Assembly: GCA_950097015.1 (NCBI GenBank)
Contig: CATNEN010000029.1
Coordinates: 2,728,001-2,792,000, forward strand
Length of the DNA stretch: 64,000 nt
From: Macrostomum hystrix
Taxonomy: Eukaryota; Animalia; Platyhelminthes
Direction of reading: 5' to 3'
The position numbers and the translations under genes are program-made. Each line of letters starts with the position of its first letter. The stretch's first letter is position 1. Positions 49,361-61,957 of this stretch are shown one piece after another. The notes beneath the pieces were generated by a model. That model searched no databases. It was given only the letters and a program-made list of their open reading frames with translations, and was not told the origin of the DNA.

Positions 49361-50357
49361 TAGCCATGTACATTGTACCTTATAATGTCACTATCGCGAA
49401 CGGGGTTTGTTTTTCAGGGAACAGATTAGTTATAATCTTGACTCGTTCAAAAAAGAGCCATTTTCAAAATTCAAATGTTTTATTTTGAACTGCGCAATTT
49501 ATAACAAAAGGGGAAGAATTTTAGGGTCTTGTTTCGTTAGGTGCTCAAAATTATTTCAAAATTATCAATAATTATGACTCGATTTTGATTGTAATTTAAG
49601 CATGATAACGCTAATCAGTTACAAAAACTTTAACAAAAAAATTATTGGGACATTTTTTTTGTTTGTAAACTAAAAAGCTTTTTCGTAATTTTAGTAACGA
49701 AATATGACGAAGCCACATGGCATTTAATTAAATATATGAAGATTTTCTGAAAATAGTTAGTTAAAAACACACTATTAAAAATTTGTCACACAGTGCTGCA
49801 AAGTTGGTTTGATTTTTCGATTTTCCATAAACTGCGCCCAAATAATTATTGTCCGCTGCGGTGTTAAAGCTAGCTCTTATAATATTGTGTTTTGTTAACG
49901 ATAAGTACCGCTTGCTTGTAAAATAACTTGTAAAAATATATTTAGGAACCATTTTCCTTACTATACTCATTCTATTAGAGTTGCCATTTCTAAAGTTTCT
50001 TAGGAAATTAAATCTGCTATTTTTCTTTAATAAATTAATTAAATTAATAATTCTTTGTCTACAAAACGTTTTCGTATAACAACATTGTCTCTTTGCTAAT
50101 AAGAATTGTATGACATATCAAATATAGTCTATGACGACCCTATGACATTTTGTTTTTTTCTGAGTGTAACTGCTTTAATTGTTTTAAACCAAGAGAATGT
50201 GCATTTAATTTCGAGTGCATCCATTCTGGACTAAAATATTAAGGCTCACTAACGGATTCGAAATGGTCATTTATTATTTCTTCATAATATCAGTCATATC
50301 ACGGCTCATTGTCAATTAGGAATGTGTCTGCCTCCACATGCTCTCTCCTCTCGCCTG

Positions 50358-51039
50358 ACATCATCTACTCCCACTGCACCTGTCATCATCTACTCCCAGT
50401 GCACCTGTCATCATCTACTCCCACTGCACCTGTCATCATCTACTCCCACTGCACCTGTCATCATCTACTCCCACTGCACCTGTCATCATCTACTCTCACT
50501 GCACCTGTCATCATCTACTCCCAGTGCGCCTGTCATCATCTACTCCCAGTGCACCTGTCATCATCTACTCCCAGTGCACCTGTCATCATCTACTCCCACT
50601 GCACCTGTCATCATCTACTCCCACTGCACCTGTCATCATCTACTCCCACTCCACCTGTCATCATCTACTCCCACTGCACCTGTCATCATCTACTCCCACT
50701 CCACCTGTCATCATCTACTCCCACTGCACCTGTCATCATCTACTCCCACTCCACCTGTCATCATCTACTCCCACTGCACCTGTCATCATCTACTCCCACT
50801 CCACCTGTCATCATCTACTCCCAGTGCACCTGTCATCATCTACTCCCACTGCACCTGTCATCATCTACTCTCACTCCACCTGTCATCATCTACTCTCACT
50901 CCACCTGTCATCATCTACTCCCACTCCACCTGTCATCATCTACTCCCACTCCACCTGTCATCATCTACTCTCACTCCACCTGTAATCATCTACTCCCACT
51001 GCACCTGTCATCATCTACTCCCACTGCACCTGTCATCAC
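50358..51039. repeat. 25-bp satellite CATCATCTACTCCCACTGCACCTGT, array 1
   Basis: Direct reading. Confidence 0.97.
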
Positions 51040-51679
51040 TATGTGGCCCACCTTTTGCATCAATTTATCACATCTATAGGCTCCATCTACCTATCTAAGG
51101 TAATCTCTAGACAGTAAGTAGCATGCTCAGAATCACGGAGTCTGTTTTTTGTTTAAAAAAATACTTGCATGGGCTGCATGCAGTTTAAATTCGAGTAGTA
51201 ATTTCTGCATCTTATTTACTCGCACTGCAAACGTAAAATAAACGGATTAAATTACACTGTCGATTCTTGTTGGTATTTGCTTATTTCAGTATCTGTAATG
51301 TATCATACTAATTTATTAATTTAAAATATCAATGCTATTCCTGCTTGAATGCCCATAACGTTACTGCGATATGAATCATCATGAAGTGTTGCTAAAATAG
51401 ATAAGAAAAAACGATAAGGAATAGCAGTGCAAAAAAAAAATATTACTGCACGAGACACTTTATCTATACTATCTATACTACTTTCAGTATGTAAGAAAGG
51501 GAATCTTTCCACTCCAATCAAAGTCAACTAATCAGTTGCAATGTACGGAAGCTTAACGAATCACACTTATTTAGCAAATTGAAATCAATTTTATTGAATG
51601 CTAGTGAAACAGAAAAAACATTTTTTAAGTATAGTTGCACCTTTATCCGAGTAAGTGTCAACCTTCGTCATAGATACCT

Positions 51680-53150
51680 TAGGGTAGAGTCCAACCTACC
51701 TGAGGGTAGAGTCCAACCTACCTCAGGGTAGAGTCCAACCTACCTCAGAAGAGAGTCCAACCTACCTCAGGAGAGTCCAACCTACCTCAGGAGAGTCCAA
51801 CCTACCTCAGGAGAGTCCAACCTACCTCAGGAGAGAGTCCAAATTAACCTACCTCAGAAGAGAGTCCAACCTACCTCAGGAGAGTCCAACCTACCTCAGG
51901 AGAGTCCAACCTACCTCAGGAGAGTCCAACCTACCTCAGGAGAGAGTCCAACCTACCTCACGAGAGAGTCTAACCTACCTCAGGAGAGAGTCCAACCTAC
52001 CTCAGGAGAGAGTCCAACCTACCTCAGGAGAGAGTCCAACCTACCTCAGGAGAGAGTCCAACCTACCTCAGGAGAGAGTCTAACCTACCTCAGGAGAGAG
52101 TCCAACCTACCTCAGGAGAGAGTCCAACCTACCTCAGGAGAGAGTCCAACCTACCTCAGGAGAGAGTCCAACCTACCTCAGGAGAGAGTCCAACCTACCT
52201 CAAGGAGAGAGTCTGACCTACCTCAGGAGAGAGTCCAACCTACCTCAGGAGAGAGTCTAACCTACCTCAGGAGAGAGTCCAACCTACCTCAGGAGAGAGT
52301 CCAACCTACCTCAAGGGAGAGTCTGACCTACCTCAGGAGAGAGTCCAACCTACCTCAGGAGAGAGTCCAACCTACCTCAGGAGAGAGTCCAACCTACCTC
52401 AGGAGAGAGTCAACCTACCTCAGGAGAGAGTCCAAGAGATCTGACCTACCTCAGGAGAGAGTCCAACCTACCTCAGGAGAGAGTCCAACCTACCTCAGGA
52501 GAGAGTCCAACCTACCTCAGGAGAGAGTCCAACCTACCTCAGGAGAGAGTCCAACCTACCTCAGGAGAGAGTCCAACCTACCTCAGGAGAGAGTTCAACC
52601 TACCTCAGGAGAGAGTCCAACCTACCTCAGGAGAGAGTCTAACCTACCTCAGGAGAGAGTCTAACCTACCTCAGGATAGAGTCCAACCTACCTCAGGAGA
52701 GAGTCCAACCTACCTCAGGAGAGAGTCCAACCTACCTCAGGAGAGAGTTCAACCTACCTCAGGAGAGAGTCCAACCTACCTCAGGAGAGAGTCTAACCTA
52801 CCTCAGGAGAGAGTCCTAACCTACCTCAGGATAGAGTCCAACCTACCTCAGGAGAGAGTCCAACCTACCCCAGGAGAGAGTCCAACCTACCTCAGGAGAG
52901 AGTCCAACCTACCTCAGGAGAGAGTCTAACCTACCTCAGGAGAGAGTCTAACCTACCTCAGGAGAGAGTCCAACCTACCTCAGGAGAGAGTCCAACCTAC
53001 CTCAGGAGAGAGTCCAACCTACTTCAGGAGAGAGTCCAACCTACCTCAGGAGAGAGTCCAACCTACCTCAGGAGAGAGTCCAACCTACCTCAGGAGAGAG
53101 TCCAACCTACCTCAGGAGAGAGTCCAACCTTCCTCAAGGGAGAGTCTGAC
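51680..53150. repeat. 22-bp satellite CCAACCTACCTCAGGAGAGAGT
   Basis: Direct reading. Confidence 0.97.
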
Positions 53151-53969
53151 CTGCACTATGTTTTTTTTTGTGTTCTGGACAATAAGAAGTTTTTAAAATA
53201 GATTTCTTCAATTTTTAATCACCTTGGACAGGTTTGAGTAATTGAAGTGTCATCTTTGTCTCTGTTGTTGGCGATAAACACCAACTAGTTTAACTATAGC
53301 CTCATAAAGAAGTAACTACACACGACACTATGCAGTTGTCTCACACTACTCAAGTGGAAGTGTTTTTGCTCTCGACATTCTAAATTTAGCTCCATAGAAT
53401 TTGTTTTGCTGCCAGCAAAGCAAAGTGCCTCGCATCTTACTTCAAGCTTGCTTGTTTTCAGCACTACAAATATCTCACGCAGCGCTGACAGAACGGCCTT
53501 ATTAGGTGCTCTGCTGCAAGCAAACAACACCAACGGAACATCCCCATCGCCATCAAGAGGACTGTGAATGACTTTTAACATGACAAAAGGTGTAAAACTC
53601 GTTGAAAACATTTTGTTGTACTTCTTAGCCGGAATGGAAACGAATCAAGGTGGCAGCAGTTTGTCAAACAGTCCCAGAATAGACAAAAAGCGATGCAAAC
53701 ACGAGGTGAGAAGCGGAACAGAGCGTGGAGGAGGAAAATATCTAATTCTGCTTAACTGGCATTCGCTATCGAGAGAGCCTGTTGAGGTGTTTACGTCTAG
53801 TCCTAGTCTGGCATCTATTTTCCTCTCTCAACGCATCCCCTGCCAAAGTCTGAAATAACAACGGTTAAACAATGTCCTCAACACCCGCAACACGGATGCA
53901 AATAGGGTAGGGTGACAGTTTGCCGCCATCATTGATCGGCATCAGCAATGGGAATATTTTTCTACTAAT

Positions 53970-55072
53970 AATCTCCCACTCCACCTGTCATCATCTACTC
54001 CCACTGCACCTGTCATCATCTACTCCCACTGCACCTGTCATCATCTACTCCCACTTCACCTGTCATCATCTACTCCCACTGCACCTGTCATCATCTACTC
54101 CCACTGCACCTGTCATCATCTACTCCCACTGCACCTAGTCATCATCTACTCCCACTGCACCTGTCATCATCTACTCCCACTCCACCTGTCATCATCTACT
54201 CCCACTGCACCTGTCATCATCTACTCCCACTCCACCTGTCATCATCTACTCCCACTGCACCTGTCATCATCTACTCCCACTGCACCTGTCATCATCTACT
54301 CCCACTGCACCTGTCATCATCTACTCCCACTGCACCTGTCATCATCTACTCCCACTTCACCTAGTCATCATCTACTCCCAGTGCACCTGTCATCATCTAC
54401 TCCCACTGCACCTGTCATCATCTACTCCCACTGCACCTGTCATCATCTACTCCCACTGCACCTATCATCATCTACTCCCACTGCACCTGTCATCATCTAC
54501 TCCCACTGCACCTGTCATCATCTACTCCCACTGCACCTGTCATCATCTACTCCCACTGCACCTATCATCATCTACTCCCACTGCACCTATCATCATCTAC
54601 TCCCAGTGCACCTGTCATCATCTACTCCCAGTGCACCTATCATCATCTACTCCCAGTGCACCTGTCATCATCTACTCCCAGTGCACCTATCATCATCTAC
54701 TCCCACTGCACCTGTCATCATCTACTCCCACTGCACCTGTCATAATCTACTCCCAGTGCACCTGTCATCATCTACTCCCACTGCACCTATCATCATCTAC
54801 TCCCACTGCACCTATCATCATCTACTCCCAGTGCACCTGTCATCATCTACTCCCACTGCACCTGTCATCATCTACTCCCAGTGCACCTGTCATCATCTAC
54901 TCCCACTGCACCTGTCATCATCTACTCCCAGTGCACCTGTCATCATCTACTCCCACTGCACCTGTCATCATCTACTCCCACTGCACCGGTCATCATCTAC
55001 TCCCACTGCACCTTTCATCATCTACTCCCACTGCACCTGTCATAATCTACTCCCACTGCACCTGTCATCACT
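53970..55072. repeat. 25-bp satellite CATCATCTACTCCCACTGCACCTGT, array 2, flanked by 90-bp direct repeats (53887-53976 and 55141-55230)
   Basis: Same unit and same 3' tail as array 1. The flank GCAACACGGATGCAAATAGGGTAGGGTGACAG...AATAATCTCC occurs on both sides. Confidence 0.95.
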
Positions 55073-55504
55073 ATGTGACTCACCCTTTGCATCTATTTAT
55101 CATATATTAATATATATCTATCTATATCAGTTAAACACCAGCAACACGGATGCAAATAGGGTAGGGTGACAGTTTGCCGCCATCATTGATCGGCATCAGC
55201 AACAGGAATATTTTTCGTCTAATAATCTCCGACAAAGGAAGCGATACGCGACGAAGTTTTTCATCCGAGCTCGTCTTTCATCCGCGTGTCCCAGTGTGGG
55301 TTCGGGGCTGAAAAAATCGAAAATCGATTTTAGCAGAGAAACAGACTCATTTTCATTCACGGCTGCACTCTAAAAAAATTTGTCAGTCTAATGTCGTAAA
55401 CAAAAGCTTCATATGGTGAAATTCTCAAGATGACAAATACATTGTTGACGATTTTCTCCCCAAAGCAAGCGGACTATCCCAAGCTATGTAACTGTATCTT
55501 GCCA

Positions 55505-56970
55505 ATCTATTATCCCAAACTGCTCTGATCCCAAAATGCTATGATCCCAAACTGCTCTGATCCTAAACTGCTATGATCGCAAAATGCTATGATCCCAAAC
55601 TGCTCTGATCCTAAACTGCTATGATCGCAAACTGCTATGATCCCAAACTGCTGTGATCCTAAACTGCTGTGATCCCAAACTGCTGTGTTCCCAAACTGCT
55701 GGGATCCCAAACTGCTATGATCCCAAACGGCTGTGATCCCAAACTGCTGTGATCCCAAACTGCTATGATCCCAAACTACTATGATTTCAAATTTCTATGA
55801 TCCCAAACTGCTATGATCCCAAACTACTATGATTCCACATTTCTATGATCCCAAACTGCTATTATTCCAAACGGCTGTGATCCCAAACGGCTGTGATCCC
55901 AAACTGCTATGATCCCAAACTACTATGATTCCAAATTTCTATGATCCCAAACTTCTTTGATCCCAAACTGCTATGATCCCAAACTGCTGTGATCCTAAAC
56001 TGCTGTGATCCCAAACTGCTGTGTTCCCAAACTGCTGGGATCCCAAACTGCTATGATCCCAAACGGCTGTGATCCCAAACTGCTGTGATCCCAAACTGCT
56101 ATGATCCCAAACTACTATGATTTCAAATTTCTATGATCCCAAACTGCTATGATCCCAAACTACTATGATTCCACATTTCTATGATCCCAAACTGCTGTGA
56201 TCCCAAACGGCTGTGATCCCAAACTGCTATGATCCCAAACTACTATGATTCCAAATTTCTATGATCCCAAACTTCTTTGATCCCAAACTGCTATGATCCC
56301 AAACTGCTCTGATCCTAAACTGCTATGATCGCAAACTGCTATGATCCCAAACTGCTGTGATCCTAAACTGCTGTGATCCCAAACTGCTGTGTTCCCAAAC
56401 TGCTGGGATCCCAAACTGCTATGATCCCAAACGGCTGTGATCCCAAACTGCTGTGATCCCAAACTGCTATGATCCCAAACTACTATGATTTCAAATTTCT
56501 ATGATCCCAAACTGCTATGATCCCAAACTACTGGGATCCCAAACTGCTATGATCCCAAACGGCTGTGATCCCAAACTGCTGTGATCCCAAACTGCTATGA
56601 TCCCAAACTACTATGATTCCACATTTCTATGATCCCAAACTACTATGATCCCAAACTACTATGATCCCACATTTCTATGATCCCAAACTGCTATTATTCC
56701 AAACGGCTGTGATCCCAAACGGCTGTGATCCCAAACTGCTATGATCCCAAACTACTATGATTCCAAATTTCTATGATCCCAAACTGCTATGATCCCAAAC
56801 TACTATGATTTCAAATTTCTATGATCCCAAACTGCTATGATCCCAAACTACTATGATTCCACATTTCTATGATCCCAAACTGCTATTATTCCAAACGGCT
56901 GTGATCCCAAACTTCTTTGATCCCAAACTGCTATGATCCCAAACTACTATGATTCCAAAATGCTATGATA
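55505..56970. repeat. 16-bp satellite GATCCCAAACTGCTAT, array 1
   Basis: Direct reading; internal block duplication with offset 704. Confidence 0.97.
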
Positions 56971-57859
56971 CCATAATTGGTACCATAAACGCAATGATAA
57001 ACACAACCCAGGGGTGATGATATCCAGAAAACACAGATTTAAACTATTCTTTCCTTCATAAACCTGATAGCAATATGAGCACATCTGCAAGGACCCTACC
57101 GCAATGGGATGGTGTTTATTTACAATGCCAAGACACATTACCCCCCAGTCCTCTAGATCACCCCAATTCCACATACGCTGTATTCCCAACTCCGAGCTCT
57201 GAGTCTCTGATTGGCCGGCACCACAAGATAATGTTCAGTGGAACAGTTCCTCAAACTGGCTCTTGTCCAATGTCCGTGAGGTTTGCGATTTCAGGGGGGG
57301 TCGTCAGGTTTTACTTATTAAAACTAGAAAACCCAGAATGACAGGCTGAGTTAAACAGAACACAAAATCATTCACAGTAAACACAGCAGGTTCCAAGCTT
57401 TAAACGGTGTCTGTAAGTAGCTTTTTTTTAATTACAAGTTGATTATTTTCCTACCAATCTATATCTCGCGTCGATTAGTTAAAAAAATTGCGTCGAATAA
57501 GACCCACCGATTGGAAACAAAAATGATTCAGGCGCTTAAGTAGATTGCCAAAATAACTGAATCAACATGCAGCAGAGTATAATAATAGCACAGGGCATGC
57601 CGCATTTTTACGATAAAGATGTGGCTATAAATTAGGCATCATTTAGCGGCGGATCAGTTTGTAGGCTTGGCCCTCGTTTGATAAGGGCCAAGGGCAAGAA
57701 CCGCCCCCACTCTACCGCGAAAAGGAAGTCATACTGCCAAACGGCTTCTTAGCTTCTTGGTTGCACTGATTGGAATAGAGTACTTTCATGGCGATTGACT
57801 CTGGAATAGCCGGCCCGATTCCTCTCATTTGCGACCTGTGTGTGAAGTCACTCACGCCG

Positions 57860-58202
57860 ATGAAAAAGAGTGACTGATAGTACAGAGTGACAGAGAGTGA
57901 GTGACAGTACAGAGTGACAGGGTGAGTGACAGAGTGGGTGACAGCACCGAGAGACAGAGTGAGTGACAGAGTGAGTGACAGCACAGAGTGACAGAGAGTG
58001 AGTGACAGAGAGTGAGTGACAGCACAGAGTGACAGAGAGTGAGTGACAGCACAGAGTGACAGAGAGTGAGTGACAGCACAGAGTGACAGGGACTGAGTGA
58101 CAGCACAGAGTGACAGAGAGTGAGTGACAGCACAGAGTGACAGAGAGTGAGTGACAGCACAGAGTGACAGAGAGTGAGTGACAGCACAGAGTGACAGGGA
58201 CT
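57860..58202. repeat. 27-bp minisatellite GACAGCACAGAGTGACAGAGAGTGAGT
   Basis: Direct reading. Confidence 0.93.
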
Positions 58203-59106
58203 GAGCTCTGATTGAGACAGACAGGCAGAAATAGCTAGAAAAGTCTATCTTATAGACTGGATCACTATATAATAAATGAAAGTTTGTGTGAATTCGCTAA
58301 GCTGTCTCGCCGCATCCAGCCGCGCGTAAGATAAGATAATCTCCCAATGAGGATTTGGAATGCTTTTCATTATTCATATCAATTTTTCTGCATCCAACTT
58401 TATTTTTTCCTCACTAGTCTCTCTGTATTTATCAATCTGAATACTGGATATTTTAATTAAAGATCAACTTTAAATAAGCTATAGTTTATAGGTTCTGAAG
58501 AAACTAGCCTGTACTAAATCATAATCGATAATCTTCAGTTAAAAAGTGCATTAGTAATGGACCAATTTCCTATGCTCAGAAATACAAGCAAAAGAGAAGT
58601 GATCCGAATATTAATGGCCGGTGGGGAAGAGCTGCTTAATACGCGCGTTCTGCATAATTCATGTGTGTGCATTTGCAGTCGGAACAATTCTCAAGCCACC
58701 CAGCCTTCAAAGCCAAAGCCAACCTCGCGACTTTAATGGCACCGGCGTGTCCCATTGTACAGAGATTAGATTTTTTGTAACTTATCGGCTCACTGAGACC
58801 AGGATCGGTCGTAAGAAGCGACTAACAGATCTGGGCTAAGTGGAGCATTGCATTGTATAGGAGGTGATTTTCTGTTAGATCAGCTGTCCTAGCCGTCATG
58901 GCTTCAGGACAATGTTCAATGCATTAGTAATTAGCATTTTACTTATAGCATTAGGCGTACATCAAGCTACATTTTAACCCGAGAGTTAAACACACAAGTA
59001 CATATAAAAATCAATTTTTTATGCTTAGTTGCTGTAATTACTGAAAACAAACATTTACTTTTAGCAACAAGTAATTAACCTCTATTTATATTTGAAAATA
59101 ATGTGG

Positions 59107-61490
59107 AATCGTGGGAGCCTCAAACTGATTGGATGGCGGAGTGGTGGAAGCCTCAAACTGATTGGATGGCGGAGTGGTGGAAGCCTCAAACTGATTGGAT
59201 GGCGGAGTGGTGGAAGCCTCAAACTGATTGGATGGCGGAGTGGTGGAAGCCTCAAACTGATTGGATGGCGGAGTGGTGGAAGCCTCAAACTGATTGGATG
59301 GCGGAGTGGTGGAAGCCTCAAACTGATTGGTTGGCGGAGTGGTGGGAGCCTCAAACTGATTGGATGGCGGAGTGGTGGAAGCCTCAAACTGATTGGATGG
59401 CGGAGTGGTGGAAGCCTCAAACTGATTGGATGGCGGAGTGGTGGAAGCCTCAAACTGATTGGATGGCGGAGTGGTGGAAGCCTCAAACTGATTGGATGGC
59501 GGAGTGGTGGGAGCCTCAAACTGATTGGATGGCGGAGTGGTGGAAGCCTCAAACTGATTGGATGGTGGAGTGGTGCAGCCTCAAACTGATTGGATGGTGG
59601 AGTGGTGCAGCCTCAAACTGATTGGATGGTGGAGTGGTGGCAGCCTCAAACTGATTGGATGGCGGAGTGGTGCAGCCTCAAACTGATTGGATGGCGGAGT
59701 GGTGCAGCCTCAAACTGATGGGATGGTGGAGTGGTGGGAGCCTCGAACTGATTTGGTGCAGTGGTGGCAGCCTCAAACTGATTGGATGGTGGAGTGGTGG
59801 GAGCCTCAAACTGATTTGGTGGAGTGGTGGGAGCCTCAAACTGATTTGGTGGAGTGGTGGGAGCCTCAAACTGATTGGATGGTGCAGTGGTGGGAGCCTC
59901 AAACTGATTGGATGGTGCAGTGGTGGGAGCCTCAAACTGATTGGATGGTGCAGTGGTGGGAGCCTCAAACTGATTGGATGGCGGAGTGGTGGAAGCCTCA
60001 AACTGATTGGATGGCGGAGTGGTGGAAGCCTCAAACTGATTGGATGGCGGAGTGGTGGAAGCCTCAAACTGATTGGATGGCGGAGTGGTGGAAGCCTCAA
60101 ACTGATTGGATGGCGGAGTGGTGGAAGCCTCAAACTGATTGGATGGCGGAGTGGTGGAAGCCTCAAACTGATTGGATGGTGGAGTGGTGGAAGCCTCAAA
60201 CTGATTGGATGGCGGAGTGGTGGAAGCCTCAAACTGATTGGATGGCGGAGTGGTGGAAGCCTCAAACTGATTGGATGGCGGAGTGGTGGGAGCCTCAAAC
60301 TGATTGGATGGCGGAGTGGTGGAAGCCTCAAACTGATTGGATGGTGGAGTGGTGTAGCCTCAAACTGATTGGATGGTGGAGTGGTGCAGCCTCAAACTGA
60401 TTGGATGGTGGAGTGGTGGCAGCCTCAAACTGATTGGATGGCGGAGTGGTGCAGCCTCAAACTGATTGGATGGCGGAGTGGTGCAGCCTCAAACTGATTG
60501 GATGGTGGAGTGGTGCAGCCTCAAACTGATTGGATGGTGGAGTGTTAGGAGCCTCAAACTGATTGGATGGTGGAGTGGTGGGAGCCTCAAACTGATGGGA
60601 TGGTGGAGTGGTGGGAGCCTCGAACTGATTTGGTGGAGTGTTAGGAGCCTCAAACTGATTGGATGGTGGAGTGGTGGGAGCCTCAAACTGATTTGGTGGA
60701 GTGGTGGGAGCCTCAAACTGATTGGATGGTGGAGTGGTGGGAGCCTCAAACTGATTGGATGGTGGAGTGGTGGGAGCCTCAAACTGATTGGATGGTGCAG
60801 TGGTGGCAGCCTCAAACTGATTGGATAGTGGAGTGGTGGGAGCCTCAAACTGATTGGATGGTGGAGTGGTGGGAGCCTCAAACTGATTGGATGGTGCAGT
60901 GGTGGGAGCCTCAAACTGATTGGATGGTGCAGTGGTGGGAGCCTCAAACTGATTGGATGGTGCAGTGGTGGGAGCCTCAAACTGATTGAATGGTGCAGTG
61001 GTGGCAGCCTCAAACTGATTGGATGGTGGAGTGGTGGGAGCCTCAAACTGATTGGATGGTGCAGTGGTGGCAGCCTCAAACTGATTGGATAGTGGAGTGG
61101 TGGGAGCCTCAAACTGATTTGGTGGAGTGGTGGGAGCCTCAAACTGATTGGATGGTGCAGTGGTGGCAGCCTCAAACTGATTGGATAGTGGAGTGGTGGA
61201 AGCCTCAAACTGATTGGATGGTGCAGTGGTGGCAGCCTCAAACTGATTGGATAGTGGAGTGGTGGGAGCCTCAAACTGATTTGGTGGAGTGGTGGGAGCC
61301 TCAAACTGATTGGATGGTGGAGTGGTGGGAGCCTCAAACTGATTGGATGGTGGAGTGGTGGGAGCCTCAAACTGATTGGATGGTGCAGTGGTGGCAGCCT
61401 CAAACTGATTGGATAGTGGAGTGGTGGGAGCCTCAAACTGATTTGGTGGAGTGGTGGGAGCCTCAAACTGATTGGATGGTGGAGTGGTGG
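59107..61490. repeat. 33-bp satellite GCCTCAAACTGATTGGATGGCGGAGTGGTGGAA (~72 copies)
   Basis: Direct reading; most units carry CTGATTGG (reverse CCAAT box); 29-bp variants read CTGATTTGG and lack it. Confidence 0.98.
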
Positions 61491-61957
61491 CAAATGGCTG
61501 TAATTTTATTTTAATTTATGAGAAATGCAATAAACAACATGTGCACATAAATTTCGCTTCCTGAGAATGCCCAAGTCGCTGCAGGCAACCGCCCTGCCGT
61601 TAATGTTTTTCAGAACGGGTTTCTGGGGCGTTGGGGCCCGTTCGTAAATCAAATATCACAAGTCGAGAGCTCGTGTCCGCTTGGAGATTTTTACTGGTCA
61701 GTTCGATTGCGGAGGCGGAGACGGTTGCGGACTTTGGCTTGAGAGATTTGCGAAGCACTATACGGGGTCTAGTAGCTGAGGAGCTTCGCCAGAGAGTACT
61801 GCTGACAATTTCACTTGGCGCCCAGGACTGCATACTAGTATAGTCTGGCTTACTGATATAAAGTATTAGTCTAGCGAGCTGTATTTTCGAAAAAATGAAT
61901 CCAATAATTTATTTTATGAGGTGATTCCTCACTATGAAGCACTTCGTAATACAGTTT

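Noticed and set aside
59082-61514. Trp-rich WWEPQTDW and LRLPPLHHPIS repeat ORFs
   Set aside because: The 33-bp unit is stop-free in several frames on both strands; there is no evidence of coding constraint.
61600-61843. GC-richer island with short ORFs on both strands, possibly an exon
   Set aside because: Three frames are equally plausible, there is no recognisable motif, and no partner exon was found.
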